From: a bacterium
GTDB taxonomy: Bacteria; Vulcanimicrobiota; JABDET01
DNA length: 64,000 bases
NCBI GenBank assembly: GCA_021817145.1
Contig: JAKAVV010000007.1
Coordinates: 66,957 to 130,956, forward strand
Direction: 5' to 3'
Shown: piece after piece, positions 37,999 through 47,612 of the stretch
Numbering within the stretch: position 1 is the stretch's first letter
Layout of the letters: every line of letters starts with the position of its first letter
Position numbers and translations under genes: made by a program
The notes under the pieces: model-generated
The model's input: the letters and a program-made list of their open reading frames with translations, nothing else
Database searches by the model: none
Told to the model about the DNA's origin: nothing

Positions 37999-39432
37999 AT
38001 GAATAAAGATCTGCAAGAAATCTTAAAAGGGATTGTTGGGGGAAAAAATGCTCTTCTAGCGCCTGAAGAGATTCTGGTTTATGAAAGCGACGGCGTTAGT
38101 TTAATTAAAGGGAAAGCAGATGCTGTTTTGCTCCCTGGGTCTCCCGAAGAAGTCATGCAGATCGTGAAACTGGCAAATCAGCATCAAATTCCTTTTGTCG
38201 CAAGAGGAGCAGGAACAGGATTAAGTGGAGGATGTTCTGCGCAGCAGGGGGGATGGATTATTTCAACCGCTCGACTGGATAAAATTTTAGAAATAGACAC
38301 TGTAAATCGGACTGCAAGAGTTCAGCCAGGGGTTGTGAATGCCGCTTTATCGGAAACGCTCTATCCTTATGGATATCAGTTTGCCCCTGATCCATCCAGC
38401 CAATCAGCTTGCACTTTGGGAGGGAATTTTGCTGAAAATTCGGGGGGACCGCACTGCTTGAAATACGGGATGACTTCCCCTCATATTTTAGGCGCAAAGA
38501 TAATTATGCCCAATGGGGAGCTTGTCAGTTTAGGGGGAAAGGTTCCAGGGAACACGGGTTATGATCTTCTTGGATTAATGGTTGGTTCAGAAGGCACATT
38601 AGGAATTGCTGTTGAGTTTACAGTAAAATTAACCCCTCTGCCAGAAGCTGTAGAAACTTTTTTGGCAGTTTTCCCGACCATTGAAAAAGCTTCTCAAACT
38701 GTTTCTGAAATAATCGCTTCAGGAATCACTCCCGCAGCTCTGGAAATGCTGGATAAATTGACTCTTGAAGTGGTGGAAAAGTTTGTTCATGCTGGATATC
38801 CTCAAAATGCAGGTGCTGCTCTTTTAATTGAGTTGGATGGAGTTCAACTTCAAATTGTTGAGGAATCTGAATGGGTAAAAAAAATCTGCCAGAGAAATGG
38901 AGTTCTCTCACTTGAAAAAGCTGAGGAGGAAGAACATCGAAAAAAGCTGTGGCTTGGCAGGAAAAGCGCTTTCGGAGCTTTTGGAAGAGTCACACACGAT
39001 TTTTTTGTGATGGATGGAGTTGTTCCTCCTTCAAAACTTCCGGTTATCATGAAAAAAATAGAAGAAATCTCAGTGAAATACCAGGTTCAGATTGCCAATG
39101 TATTTCATGCTGGGGATGGGAATCTTCACCCTAACATTCTTTTCGATATTCGTGATAAAGAGATGGTGAAAAGGGTTCTTTCAGCAGGGGAAGAAATTTT
39201 GGAAGAGTGTGTTTCATTAGGAGGGGCTGTCAGCGGTGAGCATGGAATCGGTGTCGAAAAACAGAATTTAATGCCCCTTATGTTTACGGAAGTGGATCTA
39301 AATACCATGCAAAAAGTTCATGATTTTTTTAATCCACAGAATTTGTGCAATCCTGGGAAGATCTTTCCGACAGGGAAGACCTGTGGGGAAGCCCTGCCAG
39401 GCAGATATCTGAGTGTGGCATCCTGGATTTAA
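37999..39432 (+). CDS. FAD-linked oxidase (glycolate oxidase GlcD / D-lactate dehydrogenase family)
   Basis: FAD_binding_4 motifs are present (FVARGAGTGLSGG, GSEGTLG), followed by the C-terminal FAD-oxidase domain. Confidence 0.8.
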   Translation: MNKDLQEILKGIVGGKNALLAPEEILVYESDGVSLIKGKADAVLLPGSPEEVMQIVKLANQHQIPFVARGAGTGLSGGCSAQQGGWIISTARLDKILEIDTVNRTARVQPGVVNAALSETLYPYGYQFAPDPSSQSACTLGGNFAENSGGPHCLKYGMTSPHILGAKIIMPNGELVSLGGKVPGNTGYDLLGLMVGSEGTLGIAVEFTVKLTPLPEAVETFLAVFPTIEKASQTVSEIIASGITPAALEMLDKLTLEVVEKFVHAGYPQNAGAALLIELDGVQLQIVEESEWVKKICQRNGVLSLEKAEEEEHRKKLWLGRKSAFGAFGRVTHDFFVMDGVVPPSKLPVIMKKIEEISVKYQVQIANVFHAGDGNLHPNILFDIRDKEMVKRVLSAGEEILEECVSLGGAVSGEHGIGVEKQNLMPLMFTEVDLNTMQKVHDFFNPQNLCNPGKIFPTGKTCGEALPGRYLSVASWI

Positions 39433-39472
39433 GGGAACTGATTTAAAAAAAGAGTAAGGAAGGTGTTGAAAA

Positions 39473-40471
39473 ATGGACAGGAATTTAGCTCTTGAAATGG
39501 TTCGAGTCACAGAAGCAGCTGCTTTATCTTCTGCCCGACTGATGGGAAGGGGGAATGAAAAAGCGGCGGATCAGGCGGCTGTTAATGCCATGAGGCGAGC
39601 CTTTAATGATATTTCTTTTTCTGGCACTATTGTGATTGGTGAAGGAGAAAGAGATGAAGCGCCGATGCTGTATATTGGAGAAAAAGTTGGCGCAGGAGAT
39701 GGACCTGAAGTGGATATTGCCGTTGATCCGCTTGAAGGGACAACAATCTGCGCGCGCGGAGGGGATAATGCCCTTTCTGTGATTGCCATTGGAGATAAGG
39801 GGATGTTTTTACACTGCCCTGATGTTTATATGGAAAAGATTGCAGCAGGGAGAGAAGTCGCTCATGCTCTTGATCTTCGAAAATCTCCGACCGAAAATCT
39901 TCAAGCTGTCGCTAAAGCAAAAGGGGAACCTGTTGAAAATTTAACTGTGATTATTTTAGATCGACCTCGACATCAGGAGTTAATAACCGAAGTTCGAAGA
40001 TCAGGCGCCAGAATTCGCTTAATTACAGATGGGGATGTGTCTGGAGCTCTGGCTACCTGCTGGAAAGAGACTGGAGTTGATTTATTAATTGGAACAGGAG
40101 GAGCTCCAGAAGGGGTTTTGGCTGCAGCTGCATTAAGGTGCATTGGTGGGGAAATGCAGGGCAGACTTGTTTTTAGAAATGAAGATGAAAAAGCAAGAGC
40201 GAGAAAAATGGGAATCCAGAATTTTGAGAAGATTTACACAACAGAAGAATTAGCCGGCGGATCAGTCATGTTCTGCGCCACAGGAGTGACCAGCGGAGAT
40301 TTCTTAAAAGGAGTTCGGTTTTTTTCTGGTGGGGCTGAAACTCATTCTGTTGTCATGAGATCAGCCAGCGGCACAGTTCGATTTGTTGAAACAACTCACC
40401 GCTTTGATTTGAAGCCGAATTATGGGTGGGAGTCTGATGCCAATTTAATTTCTTCTGCAAAAAAACGATAG
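39473..40471 (+). CDS. glpX: Fructose-1,6-bisphosphatase class II
   Basis: The N-terminus MDRNLALEMVRVTEAAALSSARLMGRGNEKAADQAAV and the motif DPLEGTT are GlpX signatures. Confidence 0.9.
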   Translation: MDRNLALEMVRVTEAAALSSARLMGRGNEKAADQAAVNAMRRAFNDISFSGTIVIGEGERDEAPMLYIGEKVGAGDGPEVDIAVDPLEGTTICARGGDNALSVIAIGDKGMFLHCPDVYMEKIAAGREVAHALDLRKSPTENLQAVAKAKGEPVENLTVIILDRPRHQELITEVRRSGARIRLITDGDVSGALATCWKETGVDLLIGTGGAPEGVLAAAALRCIGGEMQGRLVFRNEDEKARARKMGIQNFEKIYTTEELAGGSVMFCATGVTSGDFLKGVRFFSGGAETHSVVMRSASGTVRFVETTHRFDLKPNYGWESDANLISSAKKR

Positions 40472-40477
40472 GAGGGT

Positions 40478-41641
40478 ATGATGAATCATCAGAGTTTTAT
40501 TAATCGTGAAAGAATGATCCAACATGTTGAGGATTTGTTCCGTGTTTCCAGCGAATCAAGAGAAGAGAGGGAGATTGCAGTAAAATTAAAAGAAGAATTG
40601 GAGAATTTGGGAGCAGAAGTTTTTGTGGATGATGCGGACAAAGCAGTGAATGGAAATTCGGGAAATGTGATTGCTTATGTAAAAGGGAATAAGCCTGATG
40701 CTCCTCCATTTCTGTTAAGCGCCCACATGGATACTGTTGTTCCAGGAAAAGGGGTTCGCCCTATCAGAAACGGGAAAGTTTTAAAAACCAGCGGGGACAC
40801 TGTGCTGGGTGGAGATGATAAATCAGGATTAAGCATTATTATGGAAGTCTTGCGAACGTTGAAAGAAAAAGATCTGCCTTACGGAGATCTGGAAATTGCA
40901 TTTACCGTTTGTGAAGAAATAGGGCTTTTAGGGGCAAAAGCTCTTGATCCGAAAAGGCTTAAATCAAAAGATGGACTGGTTTTAGACAGCGAGGAAGCCT
41001 GCATTTTGACAACAAAAGGTCCTGCTGCTGTCAGGATGGATGTAGACGTCATAGGGCTTGAATCCCATGCAGGGGTTGCTCCTGAAAAAGGTGTTTCTGC
41101 GATTAAAATAGCGGCTGAAGCGATTTCGAAAATGAAGTTAGGAAGAATTGACAAAGAAACAACGGCTAATATTGGAGTGATTCAAGGAGGAGCTGCTACC
41201 AATATTATCCCTAATCATGTTCATTTAAAAGGTGAAGCCCGAAGTCTTGAACCGGCAAAATTAAAAGTTCAGACCGCCCATATGAAAAAGTGCTTTGAGG
41301 ATGCGGCTAAAAAGTTTTTCGTTAAAACAAAAGGGAAGAAGATTACGGGTAAAGTAAAGCTTGATATTGATCATGATTATACAAGATTAAACCTAAGCAA
41401 AAACAGCCAGGTTGTAAAATTGGGAATTGAAGCTGCGCGGGAACTGGGTTATTCCTTAAAAGAAGGAGCAACAGGAGGAGGAAGCGATGCCAACGTTTAT
41501 AACCTCTGGAAAATTCGCTCCGCTAATTTAGGAACAGGTATGAGAGATATTCATACTGTAAAAGAATGGCTTGATCTGGATGATTTTGAACGATCGGCAA
41601 ATCTCGTTGCCCAGATGATTTTGCTGCATGCCGTTCATTAG
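40478..41641 (+). CDS. M20-family metallopeptidase (PepT/ArgE/DapE-like)
   Basis: Metal-binding motifs are present (LSAHMDTVVPG, GGDDKSGLS, CEEIGLLGA). Confidence 0.75.
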   Translation: MMNHQSFINRERMIQHVEDLFRVSSESREEREIAVKLKEELENLGAEVFVDDADKAVNGNSGNVIAYVKGNKPDAPPFLLSAHMDTVVPGKGVRPIRNGKVLKTSGDTVLGGDDKSGLSIIMEVLRTLKEKDLPYGDLEIAFTVCEEIGLLGAKALDPKRLKSKDGLVLDSEEACILTTKGPAAVRMDVDVIGLESHAGVAPEKGVSAIKIAAEAISKMKLGRIDKETTANIGVIQGGAATNIIPNHVHLKGEARSLEPAKLKVQTAHMKKCFEDAAKKFFVKTKGKKITGKVKLDIDHDYTRLNLSKNSQVVKLGIEAARELGYSLKEGATGGGSDANVYNLWKIRSANLGTGMRDIHTVKEWLDLDDFERSANLVAQMILLHAVH

Positions 41642-42087
41642 CCTTGAATTTTAGCCTGAGAAGCTTTGAGCTCTTTTTGAAGCGTGTCTAATTCAGCGAG
41701 ATGAGTGTCAGCCTGTTCAGCCAACTTAAGGGCTTGGGCTGAATCTTTTGCCTCCCCTAAAGCGGTAAGAGCTTCTTGATAAAAAGAGAGCGCCTGTATC
41801 AAACAAGAGCATATTGGCGCCAGTTCAGGCAGCGAGTTTTGCGAGTATTTATCAAGCATGGCTTGGGTCAATTCTAATTCCTGATTTAATCGTGATATAA
41901 ATTCATCTTCAGAAATGCTTTGAGCTTCGTATTCTTGAATAAAATCTTGGGTTTTTACATAAAGACTTCCTGACAAAAGAGCGTTATTAGTGAATTTTTG
42001 AAAGGTTTGAAGATTCAAACCGCAGCCAGGGCAGGCTTTCATCTCTGATGATAAAGGAGACCCGCAGCGAAGGCAGGCAGTGATCAT
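41638..42087 (-). CDS. Zinc-ribbon protein with a C-terminal coiled coil
   Basis: The N-terminus is CLRCGSPL...CPGCG. It sits immediately downstream of 42091..42912. Confidence 0.4.
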   Translation of the reverse strand: MITACLRCGSPLSSEMKACPGCGLNLQTFQKFTNNALLSGSLYVKTQDFIQEYEAQSISEDEFISRLNQELELTQAMLDKYSQNSLPELAPICSCLIQALSFYQEALTALGEAKDSAQALKLAEQADTHLAELDTLQKELKASQAKIQG

Positions 42088-42090
42088 TGT

Positions 42091-42912
42091 TTACAGGAAG
42101 AATCCTAATCCTACCCCTAGAGCGCTTCCTAATACAGGAGACATCCCGAGCGACCCTAGAGCAAATGGAGCAAAATCCGAGACCAGCCCTGGAACAATAC
42201 TGGTATAGCGAGAAGTGTTTAATTTGCTTAAATACTGTTCTGTCTGCTGGGTGCTCTGCGCCGCATTTTGTTCTAGCGAATTGAAGTAGTTCTGACTAAA
42301 AATAGATCCTGTATTATTAGCCCCAATCCCTGTTGAAATATTAGAGGGGTTAGATGAGTAGGATCCGCTTGAATAGGATCCACTTGAGTAAGATCCGCTT
42401 GAAACGGCAGGATTGTATGCCTCAGGACTACTTGAATTTTCAAAATTAGTGAACCCTAATAATGGATTGAAAACAGGGCTGATTCCATCACCATCTCCGT
42501 CTCCATCCCCATTCCCAGGGATTGTCCCTGTGGAATTTCCTTCAGAAGCCTGAACATTAACAGCCGGATTATTCTGCCAGTTCTGCCAAGTAATGAGTTC
42601 AGGTGGTTCCCCATTAGGAGATCCCGGCAAGTTTGTGCCAAGAGAATTGTGTCTGAGAGAATAAATATCTCGATTCATTTCCCCTAACTGCTGCCATAAT
42701 TGCTGGGTTTGTCCATAATTAACCTGTCCGGACTGCAGATCTGTTTGTTCAAGCTGCTGGATTTGAGAAAGTTCAGGATTTAAAACCTGCTGCTCAGCCT
42801 GGGTCAGGCTGCCATCTTGGGTGCCTGCTGCAATTCTCTGCTGAAACCACTGAATATTCGCGTTGAGGAAAGGAAGTTGTCCGCCGAAGTTGATGGTAAT
42901 ATTTCCGCTCAT
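42091..42912 (-). CDS. Q/N/S-rich low-complexity protein with a C-terminal hydrophobic tail
   Basis: GDGDGDGDG and (SSGSY)x3 repeats are present. The protein ends in PFALGSLGMSPVLGSALGVGLGFFL. Confidence 0.4.
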   Translation of the reverse strand: MSGNITINFGGQLPFLNANIQWFQQRIAAGTQDGSLTQAEQQVLNPELSQIQQLEQTDLQSGQVNYGQTQQLWQQLGEMNRDIYSLRHNSLGTNLPGSPNGEPPELITWQNWQNNPAVNVQASEGNSTGTIPGNGDGDGDGDGISPVFNPLLGFTNFENSSSPEAYNPAVSSGSYSSGSYSSGSYSSNPSNISTGIGANNTGSIFSQNYFNSLEQNAAQSTQQTEQYLSKLNTSRYTSIVPGLVSDFAPFALGSLGMSPVLGSALGVGLGFFL

Positions 42913-43207
42913 ATTTTTTCACCTGAGACTATTTTAGCACATAATTTGGAAACAATGTTGAACAAATTGTTAACATTTCTTTAAAAAAAAGTAAATTTTT
43001 TATTGGGTTATAGAGAAAAGTAAAAATTCCCTACCAAACAAGGATTGGTAGGGATGTCAATCCTTATTCACCAGCTCTTGCTGTTTTTTTCTTCTTTTTG
43101 CAAGCTTTTCTCTAAAAGTTTCTTTTTTTTGTTTGGTATGATTCTCTCGGGAGGACAATTCAGTCTCCCGACTGCCTTTTTTACTTGTTTTGTTTTTGGA
43201 ATTTTTT

Positions 43208-44260
43208 TCATAAAGATTGGCGGTGTCCTGGCACACGAATAGAGAGGGATGCCATCATTCGGTTTTCGTACTCTGAGTCAATGGGATGCTCTCTCCTATA
43301 AGAGTTAAAGGTCATGATGTTTCTAATGGGTGAGTTCCAATAATCCGCAAAGCGGTAAATGAGACCCAGACGGTCTGCAGATGCTTTTACAAGAAGGGGG
43401 TTTGTCATGTCATCTGTATTGATAGTTTTCAAGTTTTTTCCAGGGGCAGCAGCATTCTCAGACAATGCTTCCTCTGCTGTTTTCCCCGCCATGATGCTGT
43501 TCAGCACCATCGCTGTAGTGGTTCTTCCTTTTCCATGGCTGCAGTGGAAGTAAATTCCTTTTCCAGAAGCAGCGGCTTTTTCGTGGATGGATATGAGCTT
43601 GTCCACTGCTGCAGGGGTGGGAGGCAAGCCATCCAGGATAGGGATGCGGTGGTATTCAATAGGATCTACCCCTTTTGCCGCACGTTCCTTATTCATACGA
43701 TTCACTGCCTCTTCTTCTGTTTCTGCGTTTTTTACACGGATTGTAGATTTTTTAATTTCGCCATTCCGAGAGATATGAAAATAAGTCATTTTTCCCTTTT
43801 TTATCTTGTGGAGAAATAGTTTTTGCTCTGATTCCATAAGCTTTTTCGTTTTGACTCCCGGTTCGGGCAAATTGCTGATATTTGTATGAGCGACTTTGAG
43901 CCATCGATCAGGGGAAACCTTTTCGGGAACCTTTATAAGTCCATGCGGTTCCTGGCGCAGATCTACATCAAATCCGATGGTGTGGTTGTCGAAAATTTGA
44001 CGGAGCTCTTCTGGATCTGGTTGGGATGATCCAGCAATAACGATATTTCCTGTAGGGATGACACGAAAATTTTGCCATTTTCGGTCTTGCTGCCAAAAGA
44101 CGCTCTCGTCCTGTCTGGAAACCTCAAATGCCTCATGCTCGAGATTTTTCAGCTCATTGAGCGATTTGTCCTTTGGGTAAAGGGGAATTCTTACATTTTG
44201 CGGTGAGGTTTCAAGTTTCATATAGACTTTATTATACTCAATAGAATGGAGCGTCTTCAA
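43208..44260 (-). CDS. Protein-tyrosine/dual-specificity phosphatase-like protein
   Basis: The CX5R P-loop HCSHGKGRTT is present. Confidence 0.6.
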   Translation of the reverse strand: MKTLHSIEYNKVYMKLETSPQNVRIPLYPKDKSLNELKNLEHEAFEVSRQDESVFWQQDRKWQNFRVIPTGNIVIAGSSQPDPEELRQIFDNHTIGFDVDLRQEPHGLIKVPEKVSPDRWLKVAHTNISNLPEPGVKTKKLMESEQKLFLHKIKKGKMTYFHISRNGEIKKSTIRVKNAETEEEAVNRMNKERAAKGVDPIEYHRIPILDGLPPTPAAVDKLISIHEKAAASGKGIYFHCSHGKGRTTTAMVLNSIMAGKTAEEALSENAAAPGKNLKTINTDDMTNPLLVKASADRLGLIYRFADYWNSPIRNIMTFNSYRREHPIDSEYENRMMASLSIRVPGHRQSL

Positions 44261-44309
44261 GGTGGAAAAGTTTCCAATATGTTAATTCGTCTTCAAGGGT
44301 TACGCCTGT

Positions 44310-44708
44310 TTAGTTCTCTTTTTCTAGGTAGCGATAAGCCAGGAGAACTGCGGCAAAATCGTCGTAGGGAACAGGGGGAACTTGAAGTCCTAAAGGAATA
44401 AGTTTCCAGATCCCCTTTGGAGGATGGTGTTTAAAATACAATTTTCGGGCAAGATAAGTCGAATTGCGTTCATCTACGCTGATAACAGAGATCCCTTTTG
44501 AGAGAGCGAGAGTTTTTGTTTTAATGTTTTTCGAGCAAGTTCCATCCCCTACCAGGATGATTTCTGGATTCCACTGATTAATCTTTTCAGCAAGTTTTAT
44601 TTCGAAACTGCTGGTTGGAACAACGGCTTGATCTAGAATTGCTTTGTTATCCCCTATCACTGCTAAGCCGCATTTTTCTTTCCCTGGATCAACTGCCAGT
44701 AAAATCAT
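44310..44708 (-). CDS. ruvX: RuvX/YqgF-type RNase H-like nuclease (putative pre-16S rRNA nuclease / Holliday junction resolvase-like)
   Basis: MILLAVDPGKEKCGLAVIG, ILVGDG and VDERNSTYLARK match the YqgF pattern, including DERxST. The ORF is 132 aa. Confidence 0.7.
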   Translation of the reverse strand: MILLAVDPGKEKCGLAVIGDNKAILDQAVVPTSSFEIKLAEKINQWNPEIILVGDGTCSKNIKTKTLALSKGISVISVDERNSTYLARKLYFKHHPPKGIWKLIPLGLQVPPVPYDDFAAVLLAYRYLEKEN

Positions 44709-45652
44709 TCTGATGGAATACCGGCATGCCCAACCTGGAATACGACATCCAGTGGACCTGTGATGTAGAGGTCTTTTTTAGCCACTACTCGAACAATGGT
44801 TGGAGCATCAATGGTCTTGATTTCAGCCTTTTTATCCAGAAGAGTGGCGACTAAGATTTTCCCTCCAAAATTATTGGTTGCGGGATCCGGGATCATCCCC
44901 GCTTTTAAAGCGGATTTTTGAACCCTGCTCAATAATTTGAATAGGTCGACTAAAATTTGGTTCCCTGATTGGCTTCCATTGATTTCCATACTGGTGATAA
45001 TCTGTCCTGAGCGAAATACTCTTCTGTTTATGATAAGACCCATTTTTACGGATACAGGTTCCGTAAGATAAGTATTACGGGCTGCAGAGAGAATAACCAC
45101 ATAGCTTTTAGGGGTATTTGAAAGGAACTGAATAACCTGATGATATTTTGCTTTCTTGATAGAAATTAAATGTTCATTCAAGGGGATTTGATTTTCCCCT
45201 TGAAGAGCTCCGATTCGATCATAATCTTTAATGGTTTGCGCATTCGCTTTGTTGAACAAATGCTGCAGTTGAGCGGTGATCGCTTGAACAGACTCTCCTC
45301 CTTGCACAACCCCCATGACAAGAGGTTGGTTTAGGTGAAAAACAAGCTGGCTCTTGGCCGTCACGTTTGTCAGCTGCTGGACTTCATTTTCCAGTTTGTT
45401 TTTAGCTGTTTCAAGGGCATGGACGCCCCATAATGAGATTCGCACATTTCCTGAAACAAGAATAAGAAATCCGATTGTGATAAGGCTGATCGCCATCCCA
45501 TAAAGGAAAGTGAAGATCATGGAGGTATAGCGGGGTCTGATGTTAAAAATCGTCAATCTCTTTTTCCCAAAATATTTACCAATCCGATCTCCAATAAGGG
45601 CGATACCCCCTCCCATAAACATCAAAAACAAAATTTTTGCTAATCCTTCCAT
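44705..45652 (-). CDS. Membrane-anchored protein of unknown function
   Basis: N-terminal TM helices are followed by a coiled-coil and β-rich region. Confidence 0.4.
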   Translation of the reverse strand: MEGLAKILFLMFMGGGIALIGDRIGKYFGKKRLTIFNIRPRYTSMIFTFLYGMAISLITIGFLILVSGNVRISLWGVHALETAKNKLENEVQQLTNVTAKSQLVFHLNQPLVMGVVQGGESVQAITAQLQHLFNKANAQTIKDYDRIGALQGENQIPLNEHLISIKKAKYHQVIQFLSNTPKSYVVILSAARNTYLTEPVSVKMGLIINRRVFRSGQIITSMEINGSQSGNQILVDLFKLLSRVQKSALKAGMIPDPATNNFGGKILVATLLDKKAEIKTIDAPTIVRVVAKKDLYITGPLDVVFQVGHAGIPSE

Positions 45653-45707
45653 TATGCTTGCTCTCTATTAAAAATTCATCCGATTTTCCAGGAATCCTTG
45701 GAGGGAT

Positions 45708-46232
45708 TTGAATCTTGAATCGAATTTATCTTGCTGGAGGATGATATGTCCCATGATTGAAACCCATTCGTTTGAACAGACTCAGGAATTAGGTGAAAAG
45801 ATAGCAGCTTTTTTAACTCCAGGAACTGTGCTTGGATTAAAAGGGGAACTTGGCTCAGGGAAAACCACTTTTATTCAGGGGATCTGTAAAGGTCTGAGAG
45901 TTTCTGAACAAGTAGTGAGCCCAACCTTTGTGCTGATGCATGTGTATAAAGGGAGGATTCCTGTTTATCATTTTGATCTTTATCGCCTGGGTCCTAAAGA
46001 TTTTCCAGATTTAGGGTGGGAAGATTATTTGTGCGGGAATGGTGTTTCTCTGCTGGAATGGATTGATCGGACAGAAAACCATTTCCCTTTTCCACATCTG
46101 GAAATTTCGATTGATTATGGAGAAGAAACGAATTGCAGAATATTTTCTTTTACTCCAAAAGGAGGGGGTTTTGAATGGCTTCCTCAATTCTTTGAAGAAG
46201 CATCTTTATTGAACTCAAAAGGAGAAAAGTGA
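45708..46232 (+). CDS. tsaE: tRNA t6A37 biosynthesis ATPase TsaE
   Basis: The P-loop LKGELGSGKTTFIQG is present. A 174-aa size is typical for YjeE. Confidence 0.8.
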   Translation: MNLESNLSCWRMICPMIETHSFEQTQELGEKIAAFLTPGTVLGLKGELGSGKTTFIQGICKGLRVSEQVVSPTFVLMHVYKGRIPVYHFDLYRLGPKDFPDLGWEDYLCGNGVSLLEWIDRTENHFPFPHLEISIDYGEETNCRIFSFTPKGGGFEWLPQFFEEASLLNSKGEK

Positions 46233-46358
46233 TGAAAAACCTCCCTGTGCCAAGATTAGATAAAAACCCTGATTTAAGAAAACATCTTTTAAAGTACTGC
46301 AGATTCAAAGACAGAACAGCAGCCCGTTTGAACAAGAGGTTCAACAAGAGGGGCTAGC

Positions 46359-47039
46359 ATGAATCTTTTAGCGTTTGATACTTCAACTGATGTCGGAAGT
46401 GTGGCTCTTGTTCAAGATGGAATTCTTTTGGCAGAGCAGATGATTCGCTCTCCCATGAATTTACTGACATGGCTTTCTCCGACGATTCAGAAAATGTTAA
46501 AAGAAGCGGGTATTTCCCCCGATAAGCTGAATGGTCTGGCTGTTGGGATTGGTCCGGGATCTTTTACTGGAATTCGTCTGCAGATGTCAACAGCCCGCGC
46601 TTTTGCTCAAGTTCGAAAAGTACCTTTATATGGAATTTCAGGGCTTGAAACCCTTGCCTATCAGATTCTGCCTTATCGAGGTTATATTTTATCCTGTATT
46701 GATGCGAGAAGAGGGGAATTGTTTTACGGCATTTTTGAAGCCAATGGGGATGCTTTAACCATAAAGGAGGAGTTTGGCTGTCTTCCTCCGGACAGGGTTC
46801 TCGAAAAAGCGCAGAAATATCAGGGAGAGTGGATTATTGTGGGAGAGACTAACCCATATCTGGAGTTTTTGCTGAAAGGGCTGCCTCACTCTTTGTATGC
46901 CGATAGGATTGGAATAATAAGAGCTTCTACGATAGGGATTTTAGCTTATCAGAAGAAAGATCAATTAAATGGGGATCCTTTTTCAGTTCAGCCGCTTTAT
47001 TTGAGAGCTTCGAACGCGGAAATAGAAAAAAGAGCCTAA
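46359..47039 (+). CDS. tsaB: tRNA t6A37 biosynthesis protein TsaB
   Basis: The N-terminus is YeaZ-like (MNLLAFDTSTDVGSVALV). Confidence 0.8.
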   Translation: MNLLAFDTSTDVGSVALVQDGILLAEQMIRSPMNLLTWLSPTIQKMLKEAGISPDKLNGLAVGIGPGSFTGIRLQMSTARAFAQVRKVPLYGISGLETLAYQILPYRGYILSCIDARRGELFYGIFEANGDALTIKEEFGCLPPDRVLEKAQKYQGEWIIVGETNPYLEFLLKGLPHSLYADRIGIIRASTIGILAYQKKDQLNGDPFSVQPLYLRASNAEIEKRA

Positions 47040-47060
47040 AAAAGTAGGAAGAAGAAGATC

Positions 47061-47612
47061 TTGGCTATGTCAGATATTTTAAAAGTTTCAATTCAACCCC
47101 TTGTGGAAAGCGATCTGGATGAAGTGATGGCTATTGAAAAACAAACTTTTAAAACTTATTGGCCCTCTACCGCTTTTTTAAATGAAATATCAAACAATCG
47201 GCTTGCTTTTTACTTTGCGGCTCGGCATGAAAACGTATTGGTTGGTTATACAGGGATCTGGGTTGTTCTGGATGAAGCTCATATTACAACCATTGCTGTC
47301 CACCCTGAATATAGAGGGAAAAAGATTGGAGACCAGCTCCTGTTTCATCTCATGACATTTGCTTCTTCAAAAGGGGCGAGATGGGCGACTCTTGAGGTTA
47401 GAGAATCCAATCTGTCTGCTCAGAATCTGTATAAAAAGTACGGATTTATATCTGTTGGAATCAGGAAAAATTATTATATGGAAGAAAGTGAAAATGCCGT
47501 CATCATGTGGGCGGGAAATTTGAGAGGAGAAAATTTTAAATTAAAACTTCAAAAATTGAAGGAGTCTCTGGAAAAAGGTGAATCTAACCTTCAAGAGATG
47601 CAGCAGACATGA
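47061..47612 (+). CDS. rimI: Ribosomal-protein-alanine N-acetyltransferase (GNAT)
   Basis: A GNAT motif (IAVHPEYRGKKIGDQLL) is present. The gene sits in the conserved tsaB-rimI-tsaD position. Confidence 0.7.
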   Translation: MAMSDILKVSIQPLVESDLDEVMAIEKQTFKTYWPSTAFLNEISNNRLAFYFAARHENVLVGYTGIWVVLDEAHITTIAVHPEYRGKKIGDQLLFHLMTFASSKGARWATLEVRESNLSAQNLYKKYGFISVGIRKNYYMEESENAVIMWAGNLRGENFKLKLQKLKESLEKGESNLQEMQQT

